Below are positions 57,901 to 64,000 of a stretch of DNA of 64,000 bases, one piece after another. The translations under genes and the position numbers were made by a program. Origin of the DNA: Alphaproteobacteria bacterium (GTDB lineage Bacteria > Pseudomonadota > Alphaproteobacteria > UBA828); the NCBI GenBank assembly GCA_965221125.1, contig CBDCRW010000007.1, positions 840,846 through 904,845 of the forward strand. The letters are read 5' to 3'. The notes beneath the pieces are model-generated. The model was not told the DNA's origin. It saw only the letters and a program-made list of their open reading frames with translations, and did no database searches. How positions within the stretch are numbered: position 1 is the first letter of the stretch; every line of letters starts with the position of its first letter.

Positions 57901-60160
57901 GGATGTGCACCGTGCGCCCCGAGGGGTGATCGAGGAAGACGCGTTCGTCCCCGGCGCGATCGATCCGGCAGGCGTCCCCTTCGTCCACCCTGAGCGGCGG
58001 CACCCGCGCGTGGAAGATCACGACGTCGCCCGGCTCGTGGTTGCGCACGTCCGCCCTCTGGGCCGCCGTCAGGTGCCGGTTCACGTAGCGCTCGATTTCG
58101 AGCTCGGGGCCGTGCAGAACCCCCTCGCAGGCGAGACCCTCGCGCACGACGCGGTGGATCTCGGCACGAATGAAGTGGGTGGGCGCGAGGATCGCGGTTC
58201 CTGCGCGCTTCTCATCGTCGAGCGCGAGCCAGAGCCGGGCCGCCTCCGCTCCCAGCTCCCCGTGCGGCACCTCGCGCACCTCGAGCTCCTGCGCGGCCTC
58301 CGCCGCCCGGCCCTGCTGCAGAGCCTCCACGGCGCGCCTGAGGCCCGGATCGCGCTGGCGCAGGATCTCGTCCATCTCCGCCATGGCGATGCCCGCATCC
58401 TGCAGGGCGCGAAAGGGCTCGCCCGCGCCGGCCGCGCGCAGCTGCCCGCGGTCGCCGACCAGCACCAGACGGGCGACCCGCAGGCGCTCCGAGATGCGCA
58501 TCAACAGCTCCATCTGTGCCGTCGACATCATCGACGACTCGTCCAGCACCAGCACCGAGCCCTCGTGCTCGCGCCTTGCACCGGCCGTCTTCTCCGCATT
58601 GCCGATGTCGCCGTAGCGCGTCAGGAACCATTGCAGCGTCCTTGCGTGCGCGCCGGTCTCGTCCGCCAGCACCCGCGCCGCAGCGGACGACGGCGCCAGC
58701 AGGATCGCCTTGCGCTCGCCCATCAGGCCCAGCGCCTCGCGCAGCATCGTTGTCTTGCCCGTGCCCGCTGCGCCCTGCACCGCGACGATCCGGTCGCGCG
58801 ACAGCAGGATCGTGCGCACCGCCTCCCTCTGCCCCTCGGTGAGGGCGGTCCATTCCATCCGATGCGATACGCGCGCGTCTTCCGCCAGCGCCTCCCCAGC
58901 GCCGATGCCGTTGCGCATGCGGGCCACGATCTCGCGCTCGGAGCGCAGCGCCTCACCCGTCACGAAGGAGCGCCCGCTCCGCACCCTGGCCTCCACCAGG
59001 TGGCCGTCGGCCACCAGCCCCGTCACCGCCGCGTCGATCTCGCCCAGCTCGTGCCGGCCCGGCGCATGGCTCAGCGCGATCGCCCGGATGTCGCTCTCGC
59101 GGACCACCGACGCGCGCTCCGCGAGGTGCTCCACCGCCCGCCAGACGATCTCGCGGGGGCTGAGACCCTGGTGGTCGGGCCGCAGCTCCTGTTCCGTCCT
59201 TACGTAGGGCCGGCCCTTGTGGGTCTCTCGCGACCGGCGCCTGTCCTGCGCGCGATCCTGCCGGGAGAGGCTGCGGTCATGAGATATCCCCTCCGCCCGC
59301 CCCTTCCACTCGACCTTGAGCGTGTCGATATCCTTGTCGACCTTGTGCTTGCGCGTGATCAGCGCCGCCTGCTGCGTTAGCGCCGCGCTGTAGGGAAGGC
59401 CGTGCTCGTCCAGCCAGGCAAGGATCTCGCGGCGCCGCGACGAGAACGTGTCCAGAAGCGCGCGCGGGTAGCCCGCGATCTCGAAGCCCGGAACACCGCC
59501 GATCATCGTCGTCTCCGTGCGGTAGCCGAGCCCGATCAGCCGCCGCGCCAGCTCCTGGCGGTAATACGCGCCGATCAGCTTCACGTTGCGGCGGATCTCC
59601 GTGGGCTCCACGCTCCGCCACTCACCGGCCCGGTTGCGCGTCATGTTGGCGATGACGCAGTGCGTGTGCAGCTGCGGGTCCTGGTCCCGGCTCGTCAGGT
59701 GCCGGAACCCCGCCGCCACCAGGCCGTCCGCCGCCTCCCGCGGGCGCCGGCCCGTCGCCGGGTCGTAGCCCCGCGTCTGCAACAACTCGGCCTCGACCCA
59801 GTCCAGCGTCGACCTGACCGCGTCGTCGTGGGCGCGGAGCACTTGCCGGTTGCCGTAGAGCAGCGCCTCCAGCGACACCGACTTGGGCGCGGACAGCGTC
59901 AGATCCAGTCCTGGCCGGTGCTCGTGCTCCCCGCCGCGCGCCCGGCCGAGCCTGATCTCCGTTCCCGGCACGTAGCCCGCAAGAACGCGCTCGAAGGTCC
60001 TGGGCGAGACGTTCTTCGGCAGGCCCAGCGCCGCCGCCCCCTCGCCGGCCCAGAAACTCGCACGCCGGTGCCGGAGGTCGTTCTTCGCGTAGTAGCCCTC
60101 GCGCTCGAAGTACGCGACCGTCGTCGCGCTCGAGCCGAGATCGCTCAGGCTCGCGACCAT
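54983..60160 (-). CDS. mobF: MOBF (TrwC/TraI-like) relaxase-helicase with long C-terminal extension
   Basis: Y..EGYY, DLTLSAPKSVS, H..SR..DPQLHTH (HUH), QGAAGTGKTT, LDESSM, LVGD..QL, TVHGAQG, YVEASRAR. Confidence 0.94.
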   Translation of the reverse strand: MVASLSDLGSSATTVAYFEREGYYAKNDLRHRRASFWAGEGAAALGLPKNVSPRTFERVLAGYVPGTEIRLGRARGGEHEHRPGLDLTLSAPKSVSLEALLYGNRQVLRAHDDAVRSTLDWVEAELLQTRGYDPATGRRPREAADGLVAAGFRHLTSRDQDPQLHTHCVIANMTRNRAGEWRSVEPTEIRRNVKLIGAYYRQELARRLIGLGYRTETTMIGGVPGFEIAGYPRALLDTFSSRRREILAWLDEHGLPYSAALTQQAALITRKHKVDKDIDTLKVEWKGRAEGISHDRSLSRQDRAQDRRRSRETHKGRPYVRTEQELRPDHQGLSPREIVWRAVEHLAERASVVRESDIRAIALSHAPGRHELGEIDAAVTGLVADGHLVEARVRSGRSFVTGEALRSEREIVARMRNGIGAGEALAEDARVSHRMEWTALTEGQREAVRTILLSRDRIVAVQGAAGTGKTTMLREALGLMGERKAILLAPSSAAARVLADETGAHARTLQWFLTRYGDIGNAEKTAGARREHEGSVLVLDESSMMSTAQMELLMRISERLRVARLVLVGDRGQLRAAGAGEPFRALQDAGIAMAEMDEILRQRDPGLRRAVEALQQGRAAEAAQELEVREVPHGELGAEAARLWLALDDEKRAGTAILAPTHFIRAEIHRVVREGLACEGVLHGPELEIERYVNRHLTAAQRADVRNHEPGDVVIFHARVPPLRVDEGDACRIDRAGDERVFLDHPSGRTVHIRPGDSWVRYRFGIYETARIRIRAGDRVRWTRNDKRHGLVNGGEAEVVGIDARRVRFDLGGGKRLSLSRDDPQLRHIDHAWSTTVHGAQGMTRDAAIGVLDTGHGRLTGQAGLYVEASRARDRFVLVTDSRENLEEALEENRHIRMTALEAVGDDDHGPADATIGMLRELRDDWRALVAQAEAERTALDRMDGYARIVTGVHTLAAGPALPPEMRGFVDEVRRRDTGIVERRRDALAFVHEAEMHCRQQPLLRWAAEERGVAVSALPEHAAWRAEGAALEETGRRMQETPGFIGRIAAALGRIAQGFRLDEGEQLRDAAARHEAEAQRLGIDPGRMAGAAGLAQRAEALGRHELPEAVRRTVEAWVPTIEPPAPETVHRLTPDELEAGRRIEAFLRDCRHCLEAAATAGQDLDPRIDAAETLRREGLRLLGEGEGAKLDDPARARLSRAADEREQVREAVDALGVEVQALRSRAFMELDRSIARQGLEAHCDPADLPAWQSLRARAEALRGEAGLAPEAREAVDAVLARAARVEAEIAPVNAFIEEGTRHLDLRAALDEGRGTVEPPSPDAVPVWRESSQELRETARTLLGESPADSRETQAAARLADMPRLQASVKEVLGRLEVLELRDEVADFRKLAARVEGRARRQETLPLHAEGYAQATAMAQTLTSRAALPEAARHQAAAWLDRDRGWNEELASARKLTMPREQDAGMAGFSEVVSETLPEALREAAHLPAVRSAIGQETALLARSPAPEQWAVWTGDEPLVAGDRIAWRAGETMHQAAVAFPGETGGVRAGDTLLVRIVGPADGAAPGDTGRIVEIHAQALRDAGCARAEWSDEGLRQLEAARQYSVPSAACRLACPEPVAGDRIAWTEAAGRSEEVRTVEAVVATRTGVSDEHELGLRVISASGSGAPEPGASIQRTADEVTARGCFRAAWSDEARRARELAPQKEVEEQTLKQDLGYSHGKGLSM

Positions 60161-60216
60161 CGGAGCCCCTCAGCCCGCCGCGACGCCGACGACCGCGCTG
60201 CCGTCTGTCCCGCCGG

Positions 60217-61356
60217 TCACGGGTGCCGGACGTTGAAGCTGCATGTGACGACTTCGCCCGACCGCCAGGACTTGAGCATGCAACCTCGCACCTGCCCGCC
60301 GTAGCGATCCCACACGGCCTCCTTCCAGCCCCCGGTGTCGTCGTAGCGCTCGAAGACGCCGAGTTCGCTCTGCCCGAGCGCACCGGCAAACACGAACAGC
60401 GGCGCGGCGAGCACCAGGGCGATGGCCAGCGCCGGCACCGTCCAGCGCCGGATGCGCGTCCACTCCTGACGGGCCTCCCTCAGCGCCGCCCCCCTGGTTG
60501 CGGCGAAATCCCTCAGGAACTGGGAGCCCGTCGTGGCGAGCTGCTTCACGTTGCCGGCGGTGTTCACGGCGGCATCGTTCTGCGCCTCGACGCTCGCCCC
60601 GATGCTCTGCTCGATCCGCTCGGTCCACGGTCCGATCGAGCGCTCCAGACGGCTCACCATGTGGTCGCCATCGTCGAGCCGCTTCGACAGCGCCCTCATC
60701 TCGCCGAGGCTGGTCTTCGCCTCGGCGGTCCAGGCCTCGTAGTACCCGGCGAGCTCCTGCTTGACCGCCCCCAGCTCCGACGACCTCCGGTCGAGGCCCG
60801 TCGCCGTGGCGTCGAGCGACTGCACGACCTTGTCCAGTCTCTCCTGCAGGATCTTCAGCTGCGCCAGCGCCGCGTCGAGATCCTGCCGTCCGCTCTTCAG
60901 CCCGTCGATCTGCCTGCCGGTCGACGCAAGGATCTCCGAAACCGCCGCCTTGATGTCGTTGACCCACTCGGTCGCCGCGCCGATCTGTTCCGCCTGCCCG
61001 GCGATGGTCCGCGCAGCCACAGCGAGATCGGTCTCGCCGGACGCCGGGCGCGCGGCCCTCTCCTCCAGGCTCTCCAGCAGGGCGAGTATCCGACGCTGCA
61101 CAGCGTCGGACGCGACCTCGGTCGCGGCCTCGGTCGGTACGACCGGCCCGGCGCGGCCCGCAGGGTCCGGCGGCTCCACGCCCGTCTCGGCCGCGGGCGG
61201 GGAAGACCCAGGTGGCGGCGAGGCGCTCGCGCCCGCTTGGCCCGGCCTGTTGCCGTCACTTGCCGGGTCCGGTCGCTCCTTCGACGACCCGAACAGAAGA
61301 CTCCGGTCCTCATCGTCGGGCGGCGGCTTTTCTCCGGCATTGTTGATGGAACTCAT
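60217..61356 (-). CDS. Hypothetical coiled-coil protein with C-terminal TM segment
   Basis: Pro-rich N-terminus, heptad-rich middle, hydrophobic VPALAIALVLAAPLFVFAGAL; co-oriented upstream of the relaxase. Confidence 0.7.
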   Translation of the reverse strand: MSSINNAGEKPPPDDEDRSLLFGSSKERPDPASDGNRPGQAGASASPPPGSSPPAAETGVEPPDPAGRAGPVVPTEAATEVASDAVQRRILALLESLEERAARPASGETDLAVAARTIAGQAEQIGAATEWVNDIKAAVSEILASTGRQIDGLKSGRQDLDAALAQLKILQERLDKVVQSLDATATGLDRRSSELGAVKQELAGYYEAWTAEAKTSLGEMRALSKRLDDGDHMVSRLERSIGPWTERIEQSIGASVEAQNDAAVNTAGNVKQLATTGSQFLRDFAATRGAALREARQEWTRIRRWTVPALAIALVLAAPLFVFAGALGQSELGVFERYDDTGGWKEAVWDRYGGQVRGCMLKSWRSGEVVTCSFNVRHP

Positions 61357-62039
61357 GGCGCGCTCCCCTCCTGCCGACATGCCAATGCACGTCGAAATGC
61401 AGGCCGCCTCGCGCCTCCCTGATCCGCGCGACGCGGACCGCAGGACGGCCAACCCGCCGGCAGAGTAGCACCCGCCGCCGAAGGTCCGGTACGACCGGCC
61501 TGGCTCACAGTGCCGGTCGGCGTCCTCTTTCGAACCCTGTCAATCCACGGCCTGGCGACGCGGCCCGCAGGGTCCGGCGGCTCCACGCCCGTCTCGGCCG
61601 CGGGCGGGGAAGACCCAGGTGGCGGCGAGGCGCTCGCGCCCGCTTGGCCCGGCCTGTTGCCGTCACTTGCCGGGTCCGGTCGCTCCTCCGACCCGAACTC
61701 GAACGACCCGAACAGAAGACTCCGGTCCTCATCGTCGGGCGGCGGCTTTTCTCCGGCATTGTTGATGGAACTCATGGCGCGCTCCCCTCCTGCCGACATG
61801 CCAATGCACGTCAGAAATGCAGGCCGCGATCTCGCGCCTCCCTGATCCGCGCGACGCGGACCGCAGGACGGCCAACCCGCCGGCAGAGTAGCACCCGCCG
61901 CCGAAGACCGTTCCGGACAATTGCAGGCAAAGGCGGGAGCGCGGTTGTAGAGCTGACGGCAGTTTACGTACGCGGCAGCTGGCTCACAGTGCCGGTCGGC
62001 GTCCTCTTTCGAACCCTGTCAATCCACGGCCTGGCGACG
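61152..62039. repeat. Segmental duplication
   Basis: 61152-61483 matches 61559-61906 (indels of 12, 3 and 1 bp); 61500-61560 is identical to 61979-62039. Confidence 0.9.
61353..61775 (-). pseudogene. Partial duplicate of the 5' end of the 60217-61356 gene
   Basis: Same MSSINNAGEKPPPDDEDRSLLFG start, then reads into duplicated non-coding DNA. Confidence 0.6.
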
Positions 62040-62250
62040 GCCGGCAGGTCGTGGCTGGGCGAGGCGGGCGCAAGGCCGCAGGCCGCCGCGTCGAGCCATC
62101 CAGTCAAGGGTGGGGCAAGACGGCCGCGTGGCAATCGGCGGTGGGGGCCCCGGCCAATCCGCGATGCCCGTTGCCCGTCGAGGAGGCAGTGCGCTTTTAC
62201 AGACCGCCCCGCCGGTCTACCCTGCCGCGAGGAATGAGGGATGCATCGCC

Positions 62251-62601
62251 ATGGCGACGGTGACACGGGCCGGACTTGGCAGCGCGGTGCAAGGCGAGGT
62301 CGGCCTGTCGCACCGCGACGCGCGAGAACTCGTGGATTCCCTGATCGAGATCGTGGCGGAGCGGCTGACGGCCGGGGAGACGGTGAAGATCTCGGGTTTC
62401 GGCGGCTTCACCGTGCGCGGCAAGATCGCGAGGATGGGCCGCAATCCCAAAACCGGCGAGACGGCGACGATCTCGGCGCGCCGGGTGGTGGTGTTTCGCG
62501 CCTCGCAGGTTCTGAAACGGCGGGTCGCCGCCGCCATGCAGGGGGCGGCGGGCAGCAGCCCGAACAGTCGGGACGGACCGGGCGTCGAGCAAGGCGGGTG
62601 A
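62251..62601 (+). CDS. ihfA: Integration host factor alpha-like protein (element-borne)
   Basis: TVTRA.L..VGLS, GETVKISGFG.F, RMGRNPKTGE..ISARRVVVFRAS..LK. Confidence 0.9.
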   Translation: MATVTRAGLGSAVQGEVGLSHRDARELVDSLIEIVAERLTAGETVKISGFGGFTVRGKIARMGRNPKTGETATISARRVVVFRASQVLKRRVAAAMQGAAGSSPNSRDGPGVEQGG

Positions 62602-62786
62602 GCGCGGGGACGCTGCAGTCGATGGGGCGACGCCGAAGATGGCGCGAGCGGCGTGGCCGCGCGCGCCGCATCCATGAAGGTGTGGAGACTGACTGGCGGG
62701 CGTTCTTTAAATATAGAGACGCCGCGCCGGACGCAGCGGCGGCGGCGAAGGCCGCGGCCGCCCCCGCCGCACACAGGGTGAGCGGC

Positions 62787-63035
62787 TCAGTGAGGGCCGG
62801 TGGCGCCTCGCACCCGCGCGGCAAAGGCGATCCAGGAGTCCCGGTCGTGCCCGAGACGCCGGTTCATGCCGTCGCACAGATTGAGAGCGTTATCCAGCGT
62901 CAGCGCGATCAACGTGGTGGGGATGACGGCGGCGAGGCCGTCGACGGCGATGACGACGCGGTACATGCCGTCCCCGGGCAGCTCCTCGGGGCAGAACACG
63001 TAGTCCGGATTGTCCGGCAGCGCCTGGACGCTCAT
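62787..63035 (-). CDS. Hypothetical protein
   Basis: 82 aa, normal composition, GGAG RBS, co-oriented with the upstream gene. Confidence 0.6.
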   Translation of the reverse strand: MSVQALPDNPDYVFCPEELPGDGMYRVVIAVDGLAAVIPTTLIALTLDNALNLCDGMNRRLGHDRDSWIAFAARVRGATGPH

Positions 63036-63134
63036 GGAAGAACTCCGCTGTTGCGTCGATGCCGGCTTGCCCGCCGGCCCGGCCGTGGGCGCTGGCGGGA
63101 CGGCGGGCCGGTTCGGCAGCGGCAGCGCCGACGA

Positions 63135-63926
63135 TCACTCCCATGCCGCGAAGCGCGCGGCTTCGGGCTCGTCCGCCAGCACCTCCACCTCATCGCGGCT
63201 CAACCCGGCGAAGGCGAGGCACATCGCGACCTCCTCAAGGTTGCCGCAGGTCCCGTGCTCCTCCAGCGTGTCGGGATCGACCACGGTGTAGCGCGGGGAG
63301 AAGACGGGCATGCCCCGGTGCTCGGACGAGCGGAGGTACGAGCGGCGGGCGCACTCGGGGCAACGCGCGGCCGCGCCGGCCCAGGCACCGCAGTCCGTAC
63401 ACAAATGCCTCGCACGCCTTTTCCAGTACCTCCGCCGGGCCAGGTGCTTCTTCTTCTCCGGATCGTAGCTCCGGGAGACGGCACAAGTCTTGCAGCGGGA
63501 GGCGCCGCCGGAGGGCTTGCCGCACTTGCCGCAGCAACCGGCCCTGCGGCGCTCTTCCCAGATCCGCCGCTTGCCGGCGCTGCGCGCATCGCGGCACGGG
63601 TCGCAGTCGGTGCGCCCTTCGGCGTGAGCGCGGCGTCCGCATTTGGCACAGAGCCCGGCGGCGAGGCGGGCATGGTAGCGCCGTTTCGACCTCTTGCGCG
63701 ACGACCGCCGCTTTGCCTCGGCGCTCTTGCCGCCGTAGAGGGCGCCGGAGGCCCTGGCCTTCGCGTACCGGCGGCGGTCTGCCGCGCGCTTCTTCTCGGC
63801 ACACCCCTCGCACATGCCGGCGCCCTTCGCGGCGTCCTTCTTGCCGCAACGGACGCACAAGCCGGCCTCGCGCCGCTCGTCGACCTGCCGGCGATAGCGG
63901 CGGCGATCGGATGCGCGCGCCTTCAC
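63135..63926 (-). CDS. Basic protein with four tandem CxxCG..CxxC zinc-finger repeats
   Basis: GLCVRCGK..CEGC, GLCAKCGR..CDPC, GCCGKCGK..CKTC, HLCTDCGA..CPEC; GAGGAG RBS. Confidence 0.75.
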   Translation of the reverse strand: MKARASDRRRYRRQVDERREAGLCVRCGKKDAAKGAGMCEGCAEKKRAADRRRYAKARASGALYGGKSAEAKRRSSRKRSKRRYHARLAAGLCAKCGRRAHAEGRTDCDPCRDARSAGKRRIWEERRRAGCCGKCGKPSGGASRCKTCAVSRSYDPEKKKHLARRRYWKRRARHLCTDCGAWAGAAARCPECARRSYLRSSEHRGMPVFSPRYTVVDPDTLEEHGTCGNLEEVAMCLAFAGLSRDEVEVLADEPEAARFAAWE

Positions 63927-64000
63927 GAGGTCTCTCCTCGGCCGGCCCTCGGCTCTCAGCCGGGCATCGCGCGCGCGGCCGGCTACACGCTGCTTCTCGG

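Larger units (their letters stand above)
53220..64000. mobile_element. Left part of an integrated mobilizable element or plasmid (MOBF relaxase)
   Basis: Truncated host gene at the edge, then RHH/MobC-like genes, relaxase, IHF and hypotheticals; no integrase or right end in the window. Confidence 0.72.

Noticed and set aside
56255-59380. Long antisense and alternative-frame ORFs (also 5553-7769, 13761-16220, 17601-19910, 34686-37139, and the extension of 19744 out to 22779)
   Set aside because: Shadow ORFs of real genes in high-GC DNA; R/G/A/H-rich with no recognisable motifs.
61979-62039. 61-bp repeat read as a tRNA fragment or att site (minus strand has GGTTCGAA and ends in CCA)
   Set aside because: Spacing from the T-loop-like motif to CCA is too long, and there is no T-stem or acceptor stem.

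Overview
High-GC bacterial DNA, most likely alphaproteobacterial (ribF-ileS-lspA-DUF3035-...-mutL synteny, TIGR01459 HAD, alpha-type LexA-like box). It has three parts. (1) 1-32 kb: an accessory catabolic region with LLM/F420-type oxidoreductases, 2-oxoglutarate dioxygenases, enolase-superfamily enzymes, hydantoinase/acetone-carboxylase-like subunits, and duplicated pxpB/pxpC, aldolases and sugar-binding proteins. It is interrupted by small selfish cassettes (two antitoxins, one with an internally deleted toxin; an STGP-motif gene; an MT-A70 + BglII-like R-M pair) and by three copies of a modular hairpin repeat. (2) 32.8-52.7 kb: core genes (ribF, ileS, lspA, pgi, mutL, Liv-type ABC transporter, ctaA, ispG). 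(3) From about 53.2 kb: a mobile element that truncates an alpha/beta hydrolase gene. It carries three tandem RHH/MobC-like genes, a palindrome/inverted-repeat array (candidate oriT), a 1725-aa MOBF relaxase-helicase with a repeated tail, a recent segmental duplication, its own IHF-alpha and a four-repeat Cys4 zinc-finger protein. The best novelty candidates are this apparently self-contained relaxosome module and the hairpin repeat family. All calls come from motif recognition by eye; no searches were run.
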